Program-made: the position numbers and the translations under genes
Assembly (NCBI RefSeq): GCF_004010195.1
Contig: NC_057720.1
Coordinates: 9,716,930 to 9,755,700 of the forward strand
Length of the DNA stretch: 38,771 nt
Direction: 5' to 3'
Source of the DNA: Chiloscyllium plagiosum
Taxonomy: Eukaryota
Shown: positions 11,983 through 23,537 of the stretch, one piece after another
Layout: every line of letters starts with the position of its first letter
How positions within the stretch are numbered: position 1 is the stretch's first letter
Notes under the pieces: generated by a model
Told to the model about the DNA's origin: nothing
Databases searched by the model: none
Seen by the model: the letters and a program-made list of their open reading frames with translations, nothing else

Positions 11983-12867
11983 CCCAGGGTGAGTAAATAA
12001 GCATGAGTGAGAGAGGGAATGGGTAAATGAGTGGCATGGGGAGCGAATGGCAGAGTAAGACCACAGAACCATAGAATCACAACAGTGCAGAAAGAGGCCA
12101 GTTCAGCTCATCGAGTCTGCATTCACTCTCCAAAGAACCACTCACCCTATCCACGTAACCCTGAAATATCTCCCGTGACTGTTGTACCTGCAATCCCACG
12201 GCTGGTTCTACCTGTCCTGCAGGAGAGAGAGTGATCAAGCCTCCTTGACTGACTGTGGTGGTAGCCCCTAACTCACTGTACTTCCCCTTAATCCCACTAA
12301 AGACCAGTCCCCTTTGACTTTCCCAAGTGGCCTTTTGGTTGAAGCACATGAAGTGTATTTGACACTTAAGCTGCTGGCACACGCTGCCATTGTAGTGCAG
12401 ATGCAGCACGGTTCCATGCATCAACACAGCCACCCCTTAGAGGGCCCAATACTCTGAAGCATAGCCAGTGGCCTGCCTCACCCAGCCACGAACAATCAAT
12501 GCAAAACACGCAGGCTGGCAGCCTCCAATTAAGTGCAACATGAGTGACTGCTAAGGAAGTTATGCATGTGTATCCCTGCAGAAAAAAATAAAAAACTGCA
12601 AAAGCGTACAAGTCCCTGCTCTCCATACTGCATTCCCAAAGTGCTGAAGTGCTGTGTGAGTTGGTCTAAATGCAGTCATGATGAAGTGTTGAGACTGATG
12701 GATTTTAGCGATGCCAACTTGCATGAATGATGGGTGCTGGGTGATGATATCCACAGAACATGTAGATGTTACAATGACGGCATCATCATCTTCAGGAAAG
12801 ATTAAGCAGTGGTCTGCTATCCCCAGGTAACCCACTTTGACTTTCATGTTGGGAACTTGAGATAGCT

Positions 12868-13200
12868 AGGGTGGCACGGTGGTTAGCACTGTTACCCCAC
12901 AGCGCCAGGGACCCGGGTTCAATTCCACCCTCAGGTAACTGTCTGTGTGGAGTTTGTGCATTTGCCCCGTTTTCTCTGGGTCCTTAGGTTTTCTCCCACA
13001 GTCCAAAGATGTATGGGTTAGGGGAATTGACCACAGTAAATTGCCCCATAGTGTTCAGGGATGTGTAGTTAGGTGTCTGAGCTATAGGAAATGTAGGGTT
13101 ACAAGGTAAGGAGATGGGTCTGGGTGGGATGCTGGTCAGAAGGTCGGTATATGTTTGTTGGCCCGAATGGCCTGTTTCCACACTGTCAGGATTCTGTGAT
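12868..13200 (+). mobile_element. HE1-type SINE
   Basis: gggtggcacggtggttagcactg ... gacccgggttcaattcc (B box) ... ggcctgtttccacactgtcaggattctgtgat. Confidence 0.85.
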
Positions 13201-13817
13201 AGTTTCACAGGGAAGGAAGGGAGATTTGCAAAGAAATTAGGTGAGATTGGCTAATATCAAGATGCAAATACTGAAAACACCTGAATTGCCACTCAGCAAG
13301 ATTGTTTAAGTTTTGAAGGAACAATTGGAAATGTTTTCTCTTGACGTCAAAAATCTGTGTTTTTTTCAGTTCTCAACATTTTCACTCCTGTCAACACCAC
13401 TACTAGGACAGGGAAATTCCACCCACAGTGTCGCTGACTGCTCAGATCACAAACTAATACATTGTATGTTTCCACTTCTCAGGCAATTGCTTAGTACGGC
13501 TGAGGGTCAAGATTTCTGACGGGTCTTAATGTGCAACAGTGATGAATGTCTCTGCATTCACCATTACTGATGCCTGTAGGTCTACCAATGTTTACAGGCA
13601 TCTTGAAATTTGCATTCATTTAGAAAGAATTTGTAATTGTATTTGGCAAATAAAGTTGTAATTTGTATAAATAAATAAGGAATATGTCACATTTTACAGA
13701 GCAAGACCCAGAGATGTTTCATTATTTACAAAGAGACTGCTGGGGCAAGGAAACATTTACAGATAGTCCCCAAGAGAGTCTCAACACTTACAATAAACAT
13801 CAACTTTGCCTTAGCTA

Positions 13818-14046
13818 CAGGTTGTTCTGCTATAACACACGTTTTATCAGCGTGAATTGACTATAATGCAACCGACGAATTGTGAACGTTGTTTGGATAA
13901 CACAAACTTTCTGCTGAAGGGGTATAGCAATTCTCCATTATTGATCTTCTAAAGAGTAATTATTGATAACGGTTTTCCTTGGCATGATTTTCGATAACAT
14001 GAGGCTGCAGTAGAACACAACTGCCAGGTGAAAGCAGAGCGCCCTG
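13818..14046. mobile_element. Tc1/mariner (Tigger/pogo-like) MITE, old
   Basis: Left end TA|CAGGTTGTTCTGCTATAAC; the right end reverse-complements to CAGGGCGCTCTGCTTTCAC (degenerate TIR). Internal ctataa/gataac subrepeats. Confidence 0.55.
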
Positions 14047-14169
14047 TCTTTGACTACTGCAAGCATTGACATCAATTCCTAACCTTTTATAGGTTTTTTT
14101 CTCAATTTACAACATTTTGTGGACTTTTTCACAAAAAGGTATCGTTGCTTCTTTTCAGTTCTTTTTTGC

Positions 14170-14381
14170 TTATTTCATTTTCCTGTTGTGGAGAGTGAGA
14201 AAGAAGTACTTTAGTCCGTTCTGGATGTTGGGAAATGCAAAATCTGGCCAGGATGTGATCTCAGATCCTTTGCTCAGAAACAGGAAAGAACTTTGCCAGG
14301 AAATTCCCTGCCTTAGAGTGAGAGAACTGTGACTGCACATCCCTACGTTGGTCACCGAGCAGAGAGAGGACAAGAGGCTCC
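14170..14381 (+). promoter_or_regulatory. Putative ADGRL4 proximal promoter/5'UTR with ETS, FOX:ETS, NF-kB and RBPJ-core motifs
   Basis: Non-repetitive DNA directly upstream of the ATG. TTCCTGTTGT 14180-14189 (ACAACAGGAA on -), TGGGAA 14229-14234, CAGGATGT 14249-14256, AAACAGGAA 14278-14286, GGAAATTCCC 14299-14308. Confidence 0.55.
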
Positions 14382-14403
14382 ATGAAATTCATCTTACTGT
14401 GTG
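14382..14403 (+). CDS. ADGRL4: ADGRL4/ELTD1 coding exon 1 (start of signal peptide, MKFILLC + phase-1 G)
   Basis: ATGAAATTCATCTTACTGTGTG is followed by the donor gtaggt at 14404. It ends in phase 1 and splices in frame to 34249, giving MKFILLCVWLSSLLDLCS, a hydrophobic signal peptide. This resembles vertebrate ADGRL4 N-termini as I recall them (human MKRLPLL-V, also a 22-nt first coding exon). An ETS-rich promoter lies immediately upstream. The Kozak context is weak (T at -3). Confidence 0.75.
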
Positions 14404-15129
14404 GTAGGTTCACGGAAAAAAGGAGATATTTCTCTATTTCTCTGCGATAATGTCTGGAAGCTGTCTTTATATGTTCATTGTTGGTTTTAGGCAGGCAATC
14501 TGTGAGAGAAGGGACAGGCAAGAGGAGAGTCCTACCCCTTTGTTTGATGCAGGAACTCATGCTGAATAAAGTTTCAATGTTCTAATTGCACCACCATTAT
14601 TATCAGTCAGGCTTTCACCTCCCCCAGTTCTAAGCTCTGTAATTCCCTCCCTAAACTTCTCTCTCCTTTTATTGTCTCCTTGAAGATATTCTTCAAAATT
14701 TATCTCTTTGACCAAGTTTCTTGTTCCTGATACCTGCTGACGTCAGTTTTAGTTAGTCAGGACTCCTGGGAGCCACCTACGTTAAAGGTGTTAAAAGTTC
14801 ATCTTTTTGTCACTGCCAGTGTTTCATAAAACTCTGTCAAGGTTTCTTAAGAGTTAGATTTCTGTCCTTTCGATGCAACCAACTGTGGTGAGGAAAGAAA
14901 ACCCAATGAAACTGTGTGAAGGGCGATAATTTCTTTGAGCAGGAGATTTTGCTGTAAGTTTGATATGTCAGTTAATGCCACGTGGCAATGAGAAGCTGAT
15001 TTAATATTCTACCAATGTGCTAAACTCAGAAGATAGCACGGGGAAGGGAGATTTCCACTGGCTGCTAAGTGTTTGTGGCATTGTAAACAGTAGAAGGCTT
15101 TTCTACATTTGCTGTTGTAAATTGCTCAG

Positions 15130-15520
15130 ATTGCTCTCTTCAGAGCAGAGAAGGTCAAAGGTAGATTTAATAGAGGTTTAATAGATTTAAAATGACGAGG
15201 AGTGTTGGTAAAGTAAATAATGAGAAATTGCCTTCCACTGGCAGACATGCCAGCAAACAGAGAACACAGATTTAAGATAATTGGTAAAGAACCATAGGGG
15301 ACTTGAGGACAATTTTTATGATCAGAAAAGCACAGACTGAAAAAACAGTGGCAGCAGATTCAATCATCATTTTAAAAATGTAATTGGATATATGAATGAG
15401 ATAGGAAAAGCAGTTACAGTGCTGCAGGGAATGGGCAGAGACTGATTGGTTAGATCTTTCAAAGAGACAGTACAATGGGCCAAGTGGCCTCCCTTCTGTA
15501 CTGTAGAATTCGACAATTCT
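15130..15520 (+). mobile_element. Old CR1 3' fragment
   Basis: ctcttcagagcagagaaggtcaaaggtagatttaatagagg ... atgggccaagtggcctcccttctgtactgtag. Confidence 0.65.
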
Positions 15521-16319
15521 CAGCAAGGTCACGAAGCAATTCTAAAGGCATGGTTTGACTGTTTTGCTGGAATAAAACAGGATTGCATGAAATCCTCCCA
15601 TCATGTCAACAGTACATAGTGATTAAAGCAAACCTTCCCTCCCTGGTGACTCGAACTTTCATGAGAACAACAATGTAGATTGCTACAGTTAAACATCCAA
15701 TGATATGCCAATAAAACCGCAGATTTATCATAGCTGGGGTGACATTGCTTTGCGTGCAATCTGCAGTCACAGACAGTCAACATGCTTCAGGAGCAATTAA
15801 TTACATGAAGCGGTTTGAGTATTTTGGGTGTGATACAAAATGTATTCAGTCATTACGTGGGTCAGTGCTTTACTTACTGCATTAGGACAATCAGTGTTGA
15901 ACAGCAGGAGGGCTGCACTGTCAGGGGTGCTGAAATCCAGGTGTCTATCCCTCAAATATTTATCCCTCAACTAAAGACACATTATTTGAATGCCGTCTTA
16001 ATGCTGTTGTGAGACATTTTGTTGTAATATTGTAACTGTGAATATGCTTAAAAACCTATAAAATTCATTTGATGTGGAACTCTGGGATAAGATAACATGG
16101 TGCACTGTTGCAAACTCTTTCTGTATTTGGGAACTAAGTTATTCTATTCCCACATGGATGGAATCAAGGCCTGAATTTGTTGCTTGTCTCTAATTGCCCT
16201 TGAACTGAGTCACGTGCTCAGTGAATAGTTAAAAGTCAACCAAATTAAAATGAATCTGGAGTCACCTGTAGTCTCAACCATTTAAGGATGTCAGATTTCC
16301 TTCTCCCAAGGACATTTCT

Positions 16320-17162
16320 TTTTGATTTGATTTCTTATTTTTTGATTTGATTTATTATTGTCACTTGTCATTGGGTGCAGTGAAAAGTTTTGTTTTGTGT
16401 GCAGTACAGGCAGATCATACCATACAAAGTGCATTAGGGTAATAGAACAGAGCAAGAAATACAATGTTATGGCTGCAGAGAAGGTGCACAGAGAGAGAGA
16501 GAGATCAGCATTTAAATATAAAATTGGAGAGGTTCATTCAGAAGTCTGGTAACAGCGGGCAAGAAGCTATTCTTGAACGTGTTGGCACACATGTTTAAGC
16601 TTTCGTATCTTCTACCTGATGGAAGAGGTTAGAAGGAATTATAATCAGGGTGGGAAGGGTCTTTGATGATGTTGGCTGCCTTCCCGAGGCAGTGAGAAGT
16701 GTAGATGGAGTCAATGGATGAAGGGTTGGCTTGCGTGATGGACTGGGCTGTGTTCAAAACTCTCTGAAGTTTCTTCGGTTCTGGGCAGAGCAGTTGCCGT
16801 ACCAAGCTGTGATGCATCCAGATAGAATGCTTTCTGTTGCACATCTACAAAAGTTGGTAAGGGTTTTTATGGACATGCCGAATTTCTTTAGGCTCTTGAG
16901 GAAGTAGAGGTGTTGTTGAGCACTCTTGACCCTGATGTGGAGGTGCCGGTGTTGGGCTCGGGTGGACAAGGTTAGAAGTCACACAATACCAGGTTATAGT
17001 CCAACAGATTTATTTAAAATCACAAGCTTTTGGACCGCAGCGCCTTTGTCAGGTGATTTTAAAGCATGTGATTCTAAATAAACCTATTGGACTATAACCT
17101 GGTATTGTGTGACTTCTAACTGTGTTTCTTGACCGTAGCATCAATGTGGGTGGATCAGGAAC
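16320..17162 (-). mobile_element. Rex1/Babar LINE 3' end, interrupted by a PLE-derived palindrome
   Basis: Minus ORFs AQQHLYFLKSLKKFGMSIKTLTNFCRCATESILSGCITAWYGNCSAQ and KLQRVLNTAQSIT...KAANIIKDPSHP are typical Rex1 C-terminal motifs. Tail (aaatc)n-like at 16320-16355. Confidence 0.85.
16932..17120. mobile_element. Palindromic Penelope-derived element (family A)
   Basis: Arms ttagaagtcacacaataccaggttatagtccaa / ttggactataacctggtattgtgtgacttctaa. Flanking tcttgacc is repeated at 16924-16931 and 17127-17134. Confidence 0.8.
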
Positions 17163-17373
17163 TACGTGGAATTTACTGACAATGTTATGGTCACCATTCC
17201 TGTGGCTACCTTCCAGTTCTAGGTTTTTGTGAATTTAAATTCCACCAGCTACAATGGTAGGATTTGGACCCATGCCCGGGGAAATGTTAGTGTAGGTTTG
17301 TGGATCACAAGCCTTATGGTATTACCATTGCAGCAACTTACTGGTCCATGTGATGTGGACCTTGGGATGTTTG

Positions 17374-18193
17374 AGTCGAGAGTGTGTTGCTGGAAAAGCA
17401 CAGCAGGTCAGGCAGCATCTGAGGAGCAGGAGAATCGATGTTTCGGGCATAAGCCCTTCATCGTGGGCGGTACGGTGGCACAGTGGTTAGCACTGCTGCC
17501 TCACAGTGCCAGAGTCCTGGGTTCAATTCCCACCTCAGGCAACTGTCTGTGTGGAGTTTGCACATTCTCCCCGTGTCTGCGTGGGTTTCCTCCGGGTGCT
17601 CCAGTTTCCTCTCACAGTCCAAAAATGTGCAGGTTAGGTGAATTGGCCATGCTAAATTAGGGAAGGGGTAAATGTATGTGTTTCCACGTATGGAGTCAGC
17701 TATTATGAGGGGGCATAGCTTTAAATTAAGTGGTGGTAGAAATAGGACAGATATTAGGGGTAGATTCTTTACTCAGCAAGTCGTGAGTTCATGGAATGCC
17801 CTGCCAGTAGCAGTGGTGGACTCTCCCTTTTTATGGGCATTTAAACGGGCATTGGATAGGCATATGGAGGATAGTGGGCTAGTGTAGGTTAGGTGGGCTT
17901 GGATCACCGCAACATTGAGGGCCAAAGGGCCTGTACTGCGCTGTGTTTTTCTATGTTCTATGTTCTATGTTCTATGTAGGGGAATAGATCTGGGTGGGTT
18001 GCTCTTCAGAGGGTCGGTGTGGACTTGTTGGGCCGAAGGGCCTGTTTCCACACTGTAAGTAATCTAATGAGGATGAAAGGCTTATGTCCAAAACGTCAAT
18101 TTTCCTGCTCCTCGGATGCTACCTGACCTGCTGTGCTTTTCCAGCACCACATTCTCGACTCTGATCACCAGCATCTGCAGTCCTCACTTTCTC
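17374..18193. mobile_element. Palindromic Penelope-derived element (family D) hosting a nested HE1 SINE and CR1
   Basis: TSD cttgggat(g/a)tttg at 17361-17373 and 18194-18206. Arms gctggaaaagcacagcaggtcagg / cctgacctgctgtgcttttccagc. Confidence 0.8.
17463..18068 (+). mobile_element. HE1-type SINE interrupted by a young CR1 3' end (~17677-17975)
   Basis: Head gggcggtacggtggcacagtggttagc and tail cactgtaagtaatctaat. The insert encodes FPRMESAIMRGHSFKLSGGRNRTDIRGRFFTQ and has a (ttctatg)n tail. Confidence 0.85.
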
Positions 18194-18459
18194 CTTGGGA
18201 TATTTGGGCCTATCAGAGGGAAACCGATCTCAGCCACATATTATGTGATAGGTTCTCCTGATTCACTACTTTCATGTGCACAAACATTTCTCACACAATT
18301 TAGAGGTGCAGAGAGAGTTGTTGACACATCAATAGCCATTCTGCCAATTGCCAGTCCCACAATGTGTTCAGAAAGTCAGGTTTCAACAGAGGATTCCTAG
18401 CAATCCCATATCATTGTGTCATCCACAAATGGTGGGTAATCAAGGAGAAATTACTTTTC

Positions 18460-18860
18460 TATGGGGTTCTTCCTATCATCCAGTCTGCTCTGCCATTTAA
18501 TCCTGGCTGATAAGTTTGTCAACCCCATTCTCCCACTTTTTGCCCATAACCCTTGATACTCAAGAACCCATCTATCTCAGTCTTAAATGTACTCAATTAA
18601 AGGGAGGAAGTTTCAAGGGGATTGGAGGGCAATATTTTTTACTCTGAAGGTGGTAGGGGTCTGGAATGCACTGCCCAGAAGGGTAGTTAGGCATGTAACT
18701 TCACAACCATGAAGAAGTACTTGGATAAGAACTTGAAATGTCATAATATTTAAGGCTGGAGTATAAAGCTGGAAAGTGGAGCTATTGTAGACTTAGTGTA
18801 GCTTTGGTGGTACAGATTCGATGGGCCAAAAGCCCTCTCCTGCACAATATGGTTCATCAT
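18460..18860. mobile_element. CR1 fragments (- at ~18480-18595, + at ~18596-18860)
   Basis: ttaaagggaggaagtttcaaggggattggagggcaatatttttttactctgaaggtggtaggg matches the CR1 ORF2 end. Confidence 0.6.
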
Positions 18861-19143
18861 GGTCCTTAAATTCTCTGAGTCAATGAGACCACGGCTGATA
18901 GATGATCTTCAAATGGACTTTCCCACCTTACCCCTCCCCAATCCTTGATTCCCTGACCCATTAAAAGTCTGTCTGTCACAACCTCATTCACAGAGGAAAT
19001 TGGCCAGAGATAAGGAAAGATCCATGGAAAGTCCCTCCTGACAACAGTTTTATCACATCTTTTGTTGTTCAGTTAATTTTTAACAGTTACCATGCCCCAC
19101 CATCTTAAAGATGTCACAGATATATTGGTCTACCTGAAAATAA

Positions 19144-19332
19144 CCATGATGTGGAGGTGCCGGTGTTGCACTGGGGTGGACAAGGTCAAAAATCACACGA
19201 CACCAGGTTATAGTCCAACAGGTTTATTTGAAATCACAAGCTTTTGGAGCGCTGCTCCTTCGTCAAGTCTGAGAGCTTGTGATTCAAATAAACCTGTTGG
19301 GCTATAACCTGGTGTCATGTGAGTTCTGACTT
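19144..19332. mobile_element. Palindromic Penelope-derived element (family A)
   Basis: TSD tgaaaataa at 19135-19143 and 19333-19341. Arms gacaccaggttatagtccaacaggtttatttgaa / ttcaaataaacctgttgggctataacctggtgtc. Confidence 0.8.
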
Positions 19333-19552
19333 TGAAAATAATAAGGAACAGTCTCTTTCTCTCCCCTGTTGTTTGAAAATTAGCATGAGACCATTTATTT
19401 ATGTTAATGATTCTTCAAAGAAGAAAGCACTTTGGTTCCTCAATGTGCTCTTACCTCTGTGTTTTAAAAGTTCTGGGTTCAAGTCCCACATTCCAGGTTG
19501 TATTACAATAACTCTGTTTGTCCTCTCAGGTGGGTAGTGATTCTATGATAGT

Positions 19553-19990
19553 ATTTGAACTACAGGGAGAGGCTGAATAAGCTGGGGCTTTTTTCCCTAA
19601 AGTTTCGGAGGCTGACGGATGACCTTATAGAGGTTTATAAAATCATGAGGGGCATGGATAGGATGACTAGTCAAGGTCTTTGCCCCAGGATATGGAAGTC
19701 CAAAACTAGAGGATGTAGGTTTAAGATGAGAGGGGAACAATTTAAAAGGGACCTAAAAGGCAATTTTTTTTCACACAGAGGCTAGTGTGTGTATGGAATG
19801 AGCTGCCAGAGGGGTTGGTAGAAGCTGGTACAATTGCAACATTTAAAAGGCATCTGGATGGTTATATGGGTTTAGAGGGATATGGGCCAAATTCTGGCAA
19901 ATGGGTTAGATTAATTTAGAATATCTTTTTGACATGCACAGGTTGAACTGTTCGGCCTGTTTCCTTGCTGTACATTTCTATGACTCTGTA
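19553..19990 (+). mobile_element. CR1 LINE 3' fragment
   Basis: ORF NYRERLNKLGLFSLKFRRLTDDLIEVYKIMRGMDR, with a ctatgactct tail. Confidence 0.9.
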
Positions 19991-20182
19991 AGAGGAATGT
20001 TCTCCCTCTGTCCTGACCGATATGTATTTTTAAATCAAAAACTCAAGATATCTGGTTCACAACCTTATTCCAGTTTGTGGGAACTTACATGTGTGAAAAT
20101 TGAGTACATTCCAATTCTAACATTGCTTCAATGTAATCTTACTGTGAAGAGGTAATAATTAGCGAGGACAAATTTAAGTTTA

Positions 20183-20512
20183 TGGGCAGCACGGTGGCTC
20201 AGTGGTTAGCACTGCAGTCTCACAGCACCAGGAACCTGGGTTCGATTCTAGCCTCGGGTGACTGTCTCTGTAGAGTTTGCACATTCTCCCCGTGTCTGCA
20301 TGGGTTTCCCCTGGGTGCTCCGCTTTCCTCCCACAGTCCAAAGATGTGCATGTCAGGTGAATTGGCCTGGCTAAATTGTCCATAGTGTTAGGTGCATTAG
20401 TCAGGGGGAAATTGGTCTGGGTGGGTTACTCTTCGGAGGGTCGGTGTGGACCTGTTGGGCCAAAGGGCCTGTTTCCACACTGTAGGGAATTAGGAAATCT
20501 AATCTAATCTAA
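20183..20512 (+). mobile_element. HE1-type SINE, full length, (AATCT)n tail
   Basis: gggcagcacggtggctcagtggttagc ... ggttcgattc ... cctgtttccacactgtagggaa ... aatctaatctaatct. Confidence 0.9.
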
Positions 20513-22004
20513 GTCCCTTACAGTCAGAACTAGGGGAAATTGTAATGGTGAACAAAGAAGTGGCAGAAGAATTGAAGGCATTCCTCCTTTCAGAAAAGGA
20601 TGCAAATAATTTCCCAGAATTGTTGGGGAATCGAAAGTCTAGCGAGAGAAAGGATTTGAAGGAAATCATGATTAGTTAATAAAAAAATGATGCTGGAGAA
20701 ATTAATCGGCTAAAGACTGACAACTCCCCAGGACCTGATCATTCACATCCTAAAATACTAAAGGAAGTGGCCCTGGAAAGTTTGAATGCATTGGTGGTCA
20801 TCTTCTGAAACTCCACACACTCTGGACTAATTCCCATAGGTTGAAGGGTTGCACGTGTAATTCAACTATTTGAAAAAGGGTTGAGAAAAATAACAGAGTA
20901 TTGTAAATCAGATGTCTCATTATCAGTACTGGGGAAACTGCCAGTCTGCTAGAAAATACATTATAGTCAAACACTTGGAAAGCATTCATGGGATTAGACA
21001 GTCAGCATGGATTAATGAAAGGGAATTAATTAATCTTCTGTAGTTTTCTAAGGATATCTCACGGAATAGATAAGGGAGAACCGGTGAATGTGATGTATTT
21101 GGGTTTCAAGAAGGCTTTTTGTAAGGTTCCAGGTAAAAGGTAAGTGCCAAAATTAAAGGACATGGGATGGGGGTGGGGGTGGGGGTGGAGGGGGGTTGGT
21201 GTTGGTAGTATACTGGCATAGATTGAGAATTAGATGACAGATTGGAAAAGGAGAGTGGGAATAAATGGGTCTTTTTCCAGGTGGCAAACAATAACTAGTG
21301 GCATATCGTAGGTATCAGTTCTTGGGCCCCAAATTTTCATGATATATAAACATGACCTGAATGAGGGAAGAAAATGCAATATTTCAAAATTTGTTGATAG
21401 CACAGAACTGGGTGGGACAGTCAGCTGTGAGGAGGACAGAAAGAAGCTTTAATCTGATTTAGACAAGTAGAATGTGTGGATGAACATATGACAGATATAT
21501 ATAACATGGATAAATATGAGGTTATATACTTTGGTCTGAAAAGTAGAAAGACAATGTGCTAACATATTGGAAAGAGTGGATGTACAAGGTGATATGGGTG
21601 TCCTTGTACATCAATCAATGAAAGTAGGCAGGCAAGCATAGTAAGCGATTAGGAAGGAAATGGTTGGTCACCTTTCACTGCAGGCAGACTTGAGTTCAGA
21701 AGCAGTGGTGTCTTACTGCAGTGAACCAGCACCTTTGTGAGACTACACCTGGAGTATTTTATGTCGTTTTAGTCTCCCTACTGAAGAAAGTGTATTGTTG
21801 CCAGAGGAGGAGTGCTGCAAAGATTCACTAGGCAATACCAGGCTTGGCAGGGCTGTCCTATGACGAGATATTAGTTGACTAGCTTTCAGGACGGTGAGAG
21901 GGGATCTGTTGAAAACATGTAAAATTCAAAGCAAGTCTTGTCAGACCAGATACAGAGAGGATGTTTCCCCTGGATAAACAGTCTAGAACCAGGAATCACA
22001 GTCT

Positions 22005-22505
22005 TTTTTGCAATTATTCACTTATGTGAGATGTGGGTGCCACTGGCTAGCTCAGCATTTATTGCCCATCCCTAGTTACTTCCTGAGGAGGTGGGGATGA
22101 GCTGCCTTCTTGACCACTGCAGTCTACCTGCTGTGGGTTGACCCATAATGCTATTAGGGAGGATTTTTAGGATTTTGACCCAGCAACAGTGAAGCGATAT
22201 ATTTCCAAGTCAAAAAGTGCGGCGCTGGAAAAGCACAGCCAGTCAGGCAGCATCCGAGGAGCAGGAGAGTTGAAGTTTCAAGCATAAACTCTTCATAAGC
22301 TTATGCTCAAAATGTCAACTGTCCTGCTCTTGGAAGCTGCCTGACCAGCTGTGCTTTTCCAGCACCACACTTTTTGATTCTGATCTCCAGCATCTGCAGT
22401 CCTCAGTTCCTCCTGATATATTTCCAAAGCTGGATGATGAGTGGCTTGGAAGGGGAACTTGCAGGTGGTGGTGTTCCCATATATCTGCTGCCGTTGTCCT
22501 TCGAG
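22005..22505 (-). mobile_element. Deu-domain/SacSINE1-like SINE, interrupted by a PLE palindrome
   Basis: cagcatttattgcccatccctagttac is the reverse complement of the SINE 3' part seen at 23830-23855. Confidence 0.65.
22209..22414. mobile_element. Palindromic Penelope-derived element (family D) with 13-bp TSD
   Basis: Perfect TSD gatatatttccaa at 22196-22208 and 22415-22427. Inverted arms gctggaaaagcacagc / gctgtgcttttccagc. Confidence 0.85.
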
Positions 22506-23537
22506 ACGTAAATGGTCATGGCCTTAGATTACTGCATAGGCCATCCAAGGCTGAGATGAGGAAACATTTCTTCACTCTGATGATGACCAGTCCATGGACT
22601 TCACAACACCCAAAGGATTTGAGTATATTCAAGAAGGAGATGTATTTTACTTCAGATATGAGAGGTATCAAGGGGTTTGAAGGGAATGTGGGACTATGGC
22701 ATTGAGATAGAGGATCAGCCAAGATCATATTAAAGGGCTCAGAAGAATCAAAAGGCCAAATAGCCTTCTCCTTTTCCTACGTATTTATGCGAATAGGCTG
22801 TAAGTGCTTTGGGATGTGCCAAAGGGAATGTATGGCACCAAAACAATGCAGCTTCCTTCTATCTTTCACATCCCGTTTCATGCACATAATAACAATTGTT
22901 TGAAATGAAAAGGCGAGTTAGCAATCAAATTGACATTTTTAAGCTGAGGAAATAAAATTCATGCAAATGATCCAGAAAAACAAAATGAGTTTAGTATCCC
23001 AGAGTGTTTAAAGCTCAATGGAGATGAGCTAAAATGAGGAATCTCATAAAAGTTGAAGACAGGCAGAATATTTCCTTTGTAAGGCTGTTAGAGTTTTAGA
23101 ATTGGTTAACAAGGAAGGGCAATATGACTATTTTCAACAAACAAATGAAAACATTTCTGGGACAAGGGGATGAAGGGATGCCAGGAGCAACAGTGTTGGT
23201 CTATTGGGAAGGTATTGGCTTGTTTGGGCATTTTTCTTGTTTTGATAAAACATTTCAGTTCCTGTACACTGGGTGTTCTCCATGATTACAAAGTACATCT
23301 GTCTTCCTCATTGCCGGATTTTAATTTGTCTCAGTGGCTTTACTGGACTCTCCTGAATCCATATCAGTACCTCTGAGCTTAGTAAGAGCTCCTGGACTCA
23401 CTCCAACTCACAGCTAGGAAGAACTACCCGATGATCTATGAGGGGAAAAAATATTGAATGGAAACAAGATTAAGCAGCGAAGCCTGGTCTAGTTCTGGAG
23501 AGCTCAATTGGAAAAGGGTTTTGGAACTCTATAACAG

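Larger units (their letters stand above)
20513..22790 (+). mobile_element. Long, old CR1 ORF2 remnant (RT region to 3'UTR) with nested Deu SINE and PLE
   Basis: Degenerate CR1 motifs: tccccaggacctgatcattcacatcctaaaatactaaaggaagtggc (SPGPD..HP.ILKEVA), cagcatggatt (QHG), gatgtgatgtatttgggtttcaagaaggctttt (DV.YL.F.KAF), ttgttgatagcacagaactgggtggg. Many stops and frameshifts. Confidence 0.8.

Noticed and set aside
12773..12830. Alternative first exon (ATG ... ccccag|gtaacc)
   Set aside because: ATG at 12773 to the donor at 12827 spans 54 nt (phase 0), which is incompatible with phase-1 exon 2, and the peptide is not signal-like.
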